Translations under genes and position numbers: made by a program
Notes under the pieces: generated by a model
Database searches by the model: none
Told to the model about the DNA's origin: nothing
The model's input: the letters and a program-made list of their open reading frames with translations, nothing else
Part shown: positions 45,034 to 52,431 of the stretch, piece by piece
Numbering within the stretch: position 1 is the stretch's first letter
How the letters are laid out: the number at the start of each line of letters is the position of its first letter
Assembly: GCA_001767195.1 (NCBI GenBank)
Contig: MEKU01000003.1
Coordinates: forward strand, 20,710 to 84,709
Length of the DNA stretch: 64,000 nucleotides
Source: Acidobacteria bacterium RIFCSPLOWO2_02_FULL_67_21
Lineage (GTDB): Bacteria > Acidobacteriota > Vicinamibacteria > Vicinamibacterales > UBA2999
Reading direction: 5' to 3'

Positions 45034-45270
45034 CGTATCCACCTTTCGGAAGATGTCCACGAAACCGGATCAAGCCCAATGTGCCCCTGCATCCATTCGA
45101 AGGAGCGATTGCCAACTCACACTCGCGCTCTGAATCGAACGTGCGAGGTGCCCACTCAGGCTCACTGATGTCATTTTCCCACTGGACGCCATTCACGCCC
45201 CGTCGTTCTGCTGAACGCTTACTGCGCCATGACGGATTTGTGATCGTGGTGATGGTCGTCTGAAGCTTTC

Positions 45271-45286
45271 TGGTACCCGGTTTGAA
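45271..45286 (+). promoter_or_regulatory. Candidate sigma54-type -24/-12 element TGGTACCCGGTTTGAA
   Basis: TGGTAC-N5-TTGAAAT ends 14 nt before the ATG at 45301. The same motif and spacing occur upstream of the paralog at 22258, while the spacer and flanks differ. Confidence 0.35.
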
Positions 45287-45300
45287 ATGATGGTCGGTGC

Positions 45301-45567
45301 ATGCAGACGCTATCCATCCTTGAATGTCTCACCTGCGGAAGCGCACGCGTGGAACGATTGCCTCGAGTTATGAGCGACGACCTCGAAGAGTGGTGCGAAT
45401 GCGACGCCTGCGGCCGCGTATTCGCCGTGCCGGTTGCCGAAGGAGACCAAGAGGTTCCAGAAGGTATTCTGGAGATGTTCAGTTGTTCTGACCTGACGGC
45501 TGACGATTACGGATTTGTCGCTTCACTGCGACGACAACGCCGAATCGGGCATCAGCCGAGGGAATGA
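45301..45567 (+). CDS. Four-cysteine zinc-ribbon miniprotein (paralog of 22007..22258)
   Basis: MQTLSILECLTCGSARVERLPRVMSDDLEEWCECDACGRVF..., 88 aa, with CxxC...CxxC. Confidence 0.7.
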   Translation: MQTLSILECLTCGSARVERLPRVMSDDLEEWCECDACGRVFAVPVAEGDQEVPEGILEMFSCSDLTADDYGFVASLRRQRRIGHQPRE

Positions 45568-45666
45568 CCGCCCCGCCACTTCGGCCTTCGCATGGTTGCC
45601 ACCGGACACGCTGCCCCACCTAGGAACGTTTCCGCAAGGACAGCAACCAGAGCGGGCGCTGTGTTT

Positions 45667-46836
45667 CTACGAGGCCACCAGGACGGTTCCCGCTGGTTTG
45701 GCACTGCCACTCGCCTGCTCCCACGTCACCATGACACCTGTCACGACTCCAGCTAATTCCGGGGGCGCGTCGAAGGCCGAAGTAAACCGTCCCTGACCGT
45801 CTGGCGACACGAAGCCGAGGCTGAGCGAGCCACGCGAGGTGACGAGCCAGGCTTGACCGATCTGTCCGGGCGGCGCAGGCGGAAGGCGGGTGGCCGTCAG
45901 CACGAGACCGCGCGACGGGCTCCACAGTGCCTGACCACTTGCCGCAGGGGCTCCGCGTTCTCCTCTGAGCTCGAAGCGCTGCAGGTCGGCGGCGGCGAGC
46001 ACATGGACCACCCGCTCGGTTCTGGCTGCAGCCGATGCGGCGTCAGCGGTCGCCGACCGAAATGCTTCCCGCACCAATCCTATTTCCGTTGTGACGACCT
46101 GACGAACCTGGAGTGTCTCTTGTTCAGCGGCAGCCGCACGTTGGCCTGCCTCGCTCACGCGGGAATAGAGATACACACTGAAGATCAGCAGTGCAATCAG
46201 GAGGCACAACAGCCCGGCGATGAGGGGTTGCACTCGACGCGAGAGGCCGGTCAGCGAGATCGCTTCCGAGGCAACGCCGGATTCGGCACGGTTGGTCGCG
46301 CCCGAGGTTATCCGATCCGTCGATGCCCGGAGTGCGGCCGCCGCGTGTCGGAACTCCCGAGCGGCTTCCGCCACCTGACTCGAAATACTCTGCTCGAATG
46401 CGTCGAGTCTCGCCTGCGCGTGCACGAGGGAATCGTGCGCGGCCCGCGTGGCGTCGGCATATGTCTTACTCAACTCCGCGCCTCGGGCTTCCAGCACGCG
46501 AATGGGCTCCTCATGCAGCTGCCTGAGCGCTTCCCATTCACGTTGAAGCCGAAGCTCTAAATCATCGATGCGACGCGCCGACTCCTCGATCAGTCGCCGC
46601 TCCGTGTCCGTCCATCGCCCAACGAGGCGGTCGAACTCCGTCGTTGCGTCGTGAACGGCCGCAGCGCGGGTCAGCGCCGTCAGAAGCATGGCGCCCTGAT
46701 CGACCTGTGCGGCCAATGCGTCCTGACGATCTCGGACGTGCTCGTCGTCCCAGGTGTTTTGGGACTCCGCCCCTATCTCGCCGGAGAATCGACGCTGGTC
46801 GTCGATTGCCTCGTCGCGACGCGTTGGAACGGCCAT
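45667..46836 (-). CDS. Membrane protein with a cytoplasmic coiled coil, one TM helix and an RskA-like (anti-sigma-K C-terminal type) periplasmic domain
   Basis: 389 aa. TM helix PLIAGLLCLLIALLIFSVYLY. The C-terminal ALWSPSRGLVLTATRLPPAPPGQIGQAWLVTSRGSLSLGFVSPDGQG resembles the RskA C-domain pattern. The N-terminus has heptad-like repeats and no zf-HC2 motif. Confidence 0.6.
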   Translation of the reverse strand: MAVPTRRDEAIDDQRRFSGEIGAESQNTWDDEHVRDRQDALAAQVDQGAMLLTALTRAAAVHDATTEFDRLVGRWTDTERRLIEESARRIDDLELRLQREWEALRQLHEEPIRVLEARGAELSKTYADATRAAHDSLVHAQARLDAFEQSISSQVAEAAREFRHAAAALRASTDRITSGATNRAESGVASEAISLTGLSRRVQPLIAGLLCLLIALLIFSVYLYSRVSEAGQRAAAAEQETLQVRQVVTTEIGLVREAFRSATADAASAAARTERVVHVLAAADLQRFELRGERGAPAASGQALWSPSRGLVLTATRLPPAPPGQIGQAWLVTSRGSLSLGFVSPDGQGRFTSAFDAPPELAGVVTGVMVTWEQASGSAKPAGTVLVAS

Positions 46837-47324
46837 CGCTGTCTATCATAGGCCCGCTGGACTAACGTCGCGCTTGAAATGCATTGTTGACCTTCGTCCC
46901 GGGTTGATTCCCCGTAGTGCCGTCGCACGCCCGCTCCCGAGCCGAACCTCCTCGATTACTCCTCATAGGGTTGACCAAACATCACAGCTCCAGCTGCTAC
47001 ACCTTGCCTACCGGAGGGCGAAAAGATGGCGACCCTGTACACGGAGTTCGGCGTTTCCCGGAAGACCAAACCGTCGGAGCCTCCAGCCTCAGGAAATCGG
47101 TAGAGCACCTTACTATATCTGTCCCCGGAGGCAGAATTCTGTGCCAGTCGGCGGATGATCCGGAGCTCCTTGAAATCGGTAACCGCCGCTCGGCCGCGCA
47201 CTTACGGAGTGGAATGAACGATGGCAAATCTCTTGCAGGATGAGCTTGACTGCCCCGTTGGTCAACACGGTTGCCGGTTTGCGACGGGATGCTTACCACC
47301 GGCACATTGAGCGTGAGCGTTCCT

Positions 47325-49541
47325 ATGAATACCGGCCGCATCATTCGAACAGCCGCCGTCGTGGTCGCGATGGCGTTCGTTGGCAACGCCCTGTTGGGCC
47401 CGGTCACTGGCATGGCCCAGGTGCAGAGCAGCCGCCAGCCGACGGTGATGCAACCCAACCGCACCGACGTCTCTCAGCCCGTGCGTGACCTTCCAGTACG
47501 GCCGTCGAGGCCCGTGATTCTCGGCTCGATCTTCGAGCGCCCGTTCAAGCTCTTGCCGAATCGTCGGGGTAGCCCCGAAACCGATGTCTTCGATGGCGCG
47601 GTACAGAGCGTTGGCCCTGGCGTCGGTACTCCGACCGTCCTGAACGGCACCGAAGGCATCGGCAATGCAAACGGCGTGCTGCCGCCAGACCCCAACGGCG
47701 CCATAGGGCCAAACCACTATGTCCAGATCGTGAATCTCTCGTACGCCGTTTATGCGCGTGACCCAGCTGATCCCCAGCACTTGACGAAGGTGTACGGGCC
47801 TGTCGACAACAGTACGCTCTGGAGCGGCTTTGGCGGTCCCTGTGAGAACAATAACGACGGCGATCCGATCGTGCTCTACGACCAGTTGGCCGATCGGTGG
47901 CTGCTGAGCCAGTTTGCGCTGCCGAACTTTCCGTCGGGTCCGTTCTACGTCTGTATCGCCGTCTCGCAAACGGGCGATCCCCTGGGCGCGTACTACCGGT
48001 ACGAATACACCTACAGTCAGTCCATTCTGAACGACTATCCGAAGTTCGGCGTGTGGCCCGACGGGTATTACATGACGGCGAACCAGTTTCAGTGCGTCTT
48101 CATCTTTTGCTCGTGGGCGGGCCAGGGGGTGGTCGCTTTCGAACGGGAGCAGATGCTTCAGGGCGGTCCCGCGCGTGGCGTCGGCTTCAGCCTCTATTCG
48201 ATGGATCCGAATCTCGGAGGCATGCTGCCTGTCGACCTGGATGGCCAGCAAGTGCCACCCGTCGGCATGCCGGCCCCCTTTGTGCAAGTCGACGATGACG
48301 ACTGGGGCTACTCGCCCGATCAGCTCCAACTGTGGGAGTTTCACGTCACCTGGAAGGGCGATCTGCGGAAGACGTCGACGTTCCGCCACGTGGCCAATCT
48401 CCCAACGGCGGCCTTCAACTCGAACATGTGCGGGTACGTCCGGAATTGCATCCCGATGAAGGACGGGACACCCGTCGACGCCATTTCCGACCGGCTGATG
48501 TTCCGGCTCCAGTACCGGAACTTCGGAGCTCATCAGACCCTCGTCGTGAATCACACGGTGGACGTGGATGGGACCGATCGTGCCGGCATCCGCTGGTACG
48601 AGCTGCGCAACGCGGGCGGCGGCTGGAGCACTTACCAACAGGGCACGTATGCACCCGCCACCGACAGCGACCATCGTTGGATGGGCAGCATCGCCATGAA
48701 TGGAGCTGGCGATCTTGCGCTGGGCTACTCGCGGTCGAGCGCGACGACGTATCCGTCCGTCGCGGTGACCGGTCGGCTGGACGGCGACAGCGCGGGCGCC
48801 ATGACGCAGGGAGAGAGCACGCTCGTGGCCGGTAGTGGGTCCCAAACACACAGTTCCGGCCGGTGGGGCGACTATAGCGCCATGACGGTGGACCCGCGTG
48901 ACGACTGTACGTTCTGGTACACGCAGGAGTACTACGCCACGACGAGCGTGGCATCGTGGCAGACAATTATCGGCTCGGTCAAGCTGCGTGACTGCGGCGT
49001 CCTGCCTCCCACGGACACCGAGTCCCCAACGGTTTCCATTGCTGCGCCTGCCGGGAACTCCACCGTGTCAGGCACAGTCCTGGTGGCAGCGGACGCCACC
49101 GACAATGTGGGCGTGACGAGCGTCGAGTTCTACGTAGACGGCAGTCCCGAGGCGACCGTGGGTTTCCCCTATCAATGGTCCTGGGATACCACCCAGGTCG
49201 CCGACGGACCGCACGGCCTGGAAGCGAAGGCCTACGACGCCGCGGGCAACTCGGCCACGTCCGACCCGATGTCGGTCGGCGTCGACAATAGCACTCCCGC
49301 GGCCATCACGCTGTCGGTGAGCGCATACAAGGTGAGGGGGCAGCAAAAGGCAGACCTGACCTGGAGCCGCGCGACTTCCAGCGAGGTCAACGTCTACCGG
49401 GGTGGCGCCGTCGTCGCGACAACGGCCAACGATGGCGCCTACACGGACAACATCGACCAGAGAGGTGGAGGCAGCTACACGTACAAAATCTGTGAAGCGG
49501 GCACGAGCACCTGCTCGAACGACGCGGTTGCGAGTTTCTGA
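47325..49541 (+). CDS. Large secreted protein with C-terminal Ig-like and FN3-like domains
   Basis: Trimmed to MNTGRIIRTAAVVVAMAFVGNALLGPVTGMAQ (signal peptide). The C-terminus has ESPTVSIAAPAGNSTVSGTVLVAADATDNVGVTSVEFYVDG (bacterial Ig-like) and a final KADLTWS...YTYKICEAGTSTCSN module. The long antisense ORF is compositional. Confidence 0.75.
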   Translation: MNTGRIIRTAAVVVAMAFVGNALLGPVTGMAQVQSSRQPTVMQPNRTDVSQPVRDLPVRPSRPVILGSIFERPFKLLPNRRGSPETDVFDGAVQSVGPGVGTPTVLNGTEGIGNANGVLPPDPNGAIGPNHYVQIVNLSYAVYARDPADPQHLTKVYGPVDNSTLWSGFGGPCENNNDGDPIVLYDQLADRWLLSQFALPNFPSGPFYVCIAVSQTGDPLGAYYRYEYTYSQSILNDYPKFGVWPDGYYMTANQFQCVFIFCSWAGQGVVAFEREQMLQGGPARGVGFSLYSMDPNLGGMLPVDLDGQQVPPVGMPAPFVQVDDDDWGYSPDQLQLWEFHVTWKGDLRKTSTFRHVANLPTAAFNSNMCGYVRNCIPMKDGTPVDAISDRLMFRLQYRNFGAHQTLVVNHTVDVDGTDRAGIRWYELRNAGGGWSTYQQGTYAPATDSDHRWMGSIAMNGAGDLALGYSRSSATTYPSVAVTGRLDGDSAGAMTQGESTLVAGSGSQTHSSGRWGDYSAMTVDPRDDCTFWYTQEYYATTSVASWQTIIGSVKLRDCGVLPPTDTESPTVSIAAPAGNSTVSGTVLVAADATDNVGVTSVEFYVDGSPEATVGFPYQWSWDTTQVADGPHGLEAKAYDAAGNSATSDPMSVGVDNSTPAAITLSVSAYKVRGQQKADLTWSRATSSEVNVYRGGAVVATTANDGAYTDNIDQRGGGSYTYKICEAGTSTCSNDAVASF

Positions 49542-49950
49542 TTGGGAGCTTGCTATTTGTCCGAAATCAAGGGAGGACAGTTCGAGAGAATTCTAATGAC
49601 ATAAGGGCGTGTCTGGTCCATTGTGAGCTCTTGGAGCGAGCGCCCAGCCCCAGCCGGTCTAACTGGACGGTGGTGTCGGAGATGGAAGTCCGCAGCCTGG
49701 AGGAGTACGCGGAAACGTCACGAAAGTCGATGGAGATGCCGGAGTTCCAGGATGCGATGAAGGGCTATCACGTACTGATCGATCACGGGCGGCGTGAGAC
49801 TTACATGCTGGAACAATGACCGAGCATCGCACTTCCGCTCTCATGTCGCCGGAATGGCAGAAGCCTCACAGCGGCGACCGACGTGACGCCGATCCCGGGT
49901 TGGTGTTGTTACATGAACCGTGCACAATCGGCACGATCAGAGGTCGTGTC

Positions 49951-50637
49951 ATGGTTCCGGCTGCGGTGCTCGTTGTCCTGCTATTCATGTCCGTGCCTGC
50001 GCGCGCACAGGCGCCGTACACCACAGCCGCTGTGGGTGTGGACGTCGCTCGTTTCGACCGCGTAGAAGCTGCCGGCGTCTCTGACGTGGAGGCGGGCGGA
50101 GAAGCCATTGCGTTTGCCTTGCGACTCGGCACGGCCATCGGCAACCAATGGGGCGTCGAGCTGGCACTCACGCGCCCATCCGAGGTCACACATGAGAGCC
50201 GGCAGGGATACCCGATTCCTCTGACGATCAGCGTTGGGGCACGTCAAACAGCCCCCATCGACGCGACGGGCCTCGTGATCCCTGTGGTCGAGTCGCGGAT
50301 TCGGATGCAGCGACGGAACACAACCCTCGATGCCATGGCCTGGGTGGCACAGAGGGCCGGCGCTCGCGCCGACCTCGTCTATCTCGCCGGCATAGCGTTC
50401 TCGCGGATCACCGAGGATGTCGACTTCGCGTTCACCGGGCGTCCGGTCGCTCTTATCCTGCCCACGTCCACACGCACGACGATGTACGCCGTCGGACCAG
50501 TGGTGGGCGCGGAAGGACGGATTCGCCTGACCGATCACGTCATCCTGGTACCCGGAATCCGACTTCAGGCGCTCGGTGGGAATGGCAGGCATGGTTGGCT
50601 CTTGCGTGCAGCAGCGGGACTCGGGTGGCGCTTTTGA
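49951..50637 (+). CDS. Outer-membrane beta-barrel protein
   Basis: Trimmed to MVPAAVLVVLLFMSVPARAQA (signal peptide, AGAGG SD upstream). Alternating strand pattern and C-terminal AAGLGWRF ending in Phe. Confidence 0.65.
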   Translation: MVPAAVLVVLLFMSVPARAQAPYTTAAVGVDVARFDRVEAAGVSDVEAGGEAIAFALRLGTAIGNQWGVELALTRPSEVTHESRQGYPIPLTISVGARQTAPIDATGLVIPVVESRIRMQRRNTTLDAMAWVAQRAGARADLVYLAGIAFSRITEDVDFAFTGRPVALILPTSTRTTMYAVGPVVGAEGRIRLTDHVILVPGIRLQALGGNGRHGWLLRAAAGLGWRF

Positions 50638-50874
50638 GCGTGAGATTCTCATCGAGGCCGACGTTCTGAACATTTCGGTGGTTATCGGCATCATAGACGT
50701 CGTGGCGGGACTATTAAACAAATCACCCCAGGCTCCAACCGCGCCGCTGCTGCATGTCGGACGCCATGGCCTGCAGCGACTTCTGCAGACTTCAGGGAAA
50801 TGGCCGGCTTCGTTGACCATCCCGCCGAGCTGGCCGCCCATCCTCCGCGCTTCGCGCACCTAAAACGCCGCGAG

Positions 50875-51390
50875 CTACAGTCCCAGGCCGCGCAGCATCT
50901 TCGCCGTCGTGATGATCTGCCCGGCATGCCGCGTGGCGTGTTCGGCGGCGTGAAACAGCAGGCCGTGCACGGTCGCCGGCAACTGCGCGCGGCCGACGCC
51001 GCGGACGGCTTGCAGATCCGCGTCCGGTGTGGCCGCCAGCTGCCGGAGCGCCCCATCGACTCCGGCCTTCCACGCCCTCAGGAGCTCGTCGGCGGAGGGC
51101 CGTGGCTCCCCCGGCCTGCGCTCGGCGGCGAGCGCCGCCTTCTGCGCGTCCGACAGCGCGGCGCCGCGCGCATATGTCAGCAGACGATCGGTCGCACCAG
51201 CCAGGTGCATCAGGTGAAACCCGATCGAGGCGGCGCCGCCCGGCTGCAGCCAGAGCTGTGCGTCGGAGAGGCCGGCGACCGGCGCCACGACGTCTTCGGC
51301 GGCGGCCACAAACGCATGGGCCGCCGGCTGCAGCGGATCGGGAATGCCGGCCCCGGGGCCGCGCAACCAGGCTTCAGGTTCTGAGCTCAT
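50875..51390 (-). CDS. DinB-family (DinB_2-like) metal-dependent protein
   Basis: Only the last 171 aa of ORF 50875..52137 are credible: MSSEPEAWLRGP...IGFHLMHLAGATDRLL...LLFHAAEHATRHAGQI (His triad pattern). The start shares one nt with the xerC stop. Confidence 0.7.
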   Translation of the reverse strand: MSSEPEAWLRGPGAGIPDPLQPAAHAFVAAAEDVVAPVAGLSDAQLWLQPGGAASIGFHLMHLAGATDRLLTYARGAALSDAQKAALAAERRPGEPRPSADELLRAWKAGVDGALRQLAATPDADLQAVRGVGRAQLPATVHGLLFHAAEHATRHAGQIITTAKMLRGLGL

Positions 51391-52415
51391 CACTCGTCTC
51401 CGTGTCTCCTGGCCCCCTCGCCCCCTCGTAACGCGCGCGGATGCGCCTTCCGGTACACCTCCAGCAGCTGCGCCGCGTTCACGTGCGTGTATCGCTGCGT
51501 GGTCGAGAGCTGCACGTGGCCGAGCAGCTCCTGAATCGCGCGCAGGTCGGCGCCCCGCTGGAGCAGATGCGTCGCAAACGAATGCCGCAGCGCGTGCGGA
51601 CTGATGCCGAAGCGCGTGCTGCACCCCGACACGTAGCGCGCGACGAGCCGCTGCACGCTCCGCCCCGTCAGGCGACTCCCGCGCGCGTTGACAAACACGG
51701 GGTCGTCGCCGCCGGGTCCCGCCTTCGCCGCTCCGCGGCTTCGGCGAGGCAAGCTTTGGGCTTTGGGATTTGGGCTTTGGGATCTGGGATTTGACGGCGC
51801 CTTCAGGCGCAGCACCGCGCGATCCTGATACCACGCGCGCAGCGCGCGTTGAGCGTTCGTGTTGAACGGCACGAGCCGCTCCTTTCCGCCCTTGCCCGCC
51901 ACACGCACAATCCGCCCGTGCAGATCGACATCCTCGACGTCGAGACCGACGAGCTCGCTGAGGCGCAGGCCCGACGCGTAGAACAGCTCGAGGATCGCGC
52001 GATCGCGACGGCCGAGCGGATCCGACGTATCGGGTGCGTCGAGCAGGCGCGACATCTCGTCCACGCTGAGGTGGGCCGGGACCTTCTGCTCGCGCCTGGG
52101 GGACACCGCGAGCGCCGCCGGGTCGCTCTTCACCCATCCCTCGCGCCGGAGAAACCGGACGAAGCTCCGAAGCGCCGACAGCTTGCGCGCCACCGACGCC
52201 CGCGACCGCCCCTGGCGGTACAGCTCGGCCATGAACGCGCGAATCAGCGCGAGATCGAGATCCCTCGGCCGAAGTTGCGCCGCCGGCCTCTCCAGATGCC
52301 GCCCCGCGAACGCGATCAGCTGCGACAGGTCGCTGTCGTAGGCCGACACCGTGTTGGCGGACGTGTTGCGGTTCAGGCGGAGGTGATCGAGAAATGCGTG
52401 GAGCTGAGGCTGCAT
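51390..52415 (-). CDS. xerC: Tyrosine recombinase XerC/XerD family, with a low-complexity insertion
   Basis: Trimmed to MQPQLHAFLDHLRLNRNTSANTVSAYDSDL. Also ELFYASGLRLSEL, HALRHSFATHLL and LGHVQLSTTQRYTHV. Insert: KAPSNPRSQSPNPKAQSLPRRSRGAAKAGPGGD. Confidence 0.85.
   Translation of the reverse strand: MQPQLHAFLDHLRLNRNTSANTVSAYDSDLSQLIAFAGRHLERPAAQLRPRDLDLALIRAFMAELYRQGRSRASVARKLSALRSFVRFLRREGWVKSDPAALAVSPRREQKVPAHLSVDEMSRLLDAPDTSDPLGRRDRAILELFYASGLRLSELVGLDVEDVDLHGRIVRVAGKGGKERLVPFNTNAQRALRAWYQDRAVLRLKAPSNPRSQSPNPKAQSLPRRSRGAAKAGPGGDDPVFVNARGSRLTGRSVQRLVARYVSGCSTRFGISPHALRHSFATHLLQRGADLRAIQELLGHVQLSTTQRYTHVNAAQLLEVYRKAHPRALRGGEGARRHGDE
51754..51795. repeat. Six tandem heptanucleotide units (consensus NTTTGGG) inside xerC
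   Basis: Read directly: ctttggg ctttggg atttggg ctttggg atctggg atttgac. It encodes SNPRSQSPNPKAQS on the minus strand. Confidence 0.9.
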
Positions 52416-52431
52416 CACGTAGTGCCCGGCT

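Larger units (their letters stand above)
40372..45072 (-). mobile_element. IS3-family insertion sequence (about 1.28 kb of IS DNA) split by a 3.4-kb RIT element
   Basis: orfA (44718..45033) and orfB (43960..44721, then 40450..40535) have the IS3 layout, with KKAAAFFA at the orfA end and an A-run shift site. orfB reads ...AKMELFDY at 43960 and resumes IEVFYNQRRRHSTLGQISPAAFERRAAA-stop at 40535. The outer ends are approximate: TGATC...CGGTTTC is found at both ends in inverted orientation. Confidence 0.75.

Noticed and set aside
46956-47201. 81-aa minus ORF in the 490-nt gap upstream of the secreted protein gene
   Set aside because: No motif or start signal, and the region has atypical composition. 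It is treated as non-coding or promoter DNA.
47262-48851. 529-aa minus-strand ORF
   Set aside because: It is antisense to the secreted Ig-domain protein gene (47325..49541). Its product is Arg/Ala/His/Gly-rich with no motifs, typical of shadow ORFs in high-GC DNA. The plus-strand product has a signal peptide and domain-like sequence.
49550-49819. 89-aa ORF resembling the C-terminal half of a small alpha/beta-barrel (NIPSNAP/Dabb-like) protein
   Set aside because: It starts only with TTG, and the expected N-terminal strand-helix part is missing. It is likely a gene fragment, and the similarity is impressionistic.
50875-52137. Full 420-aa extent of the DinB ORF, and the long N-terminal extensions of ORFs 51390..52643 and 52432..53970
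   Set aside because: The extensions overlap the upstream genes out of frame and lack family similarity. Conserved N-termini (MSSEPEAW, MQPQLHAFLDHL, MIHIVGGGLAG) define the shorter starts.
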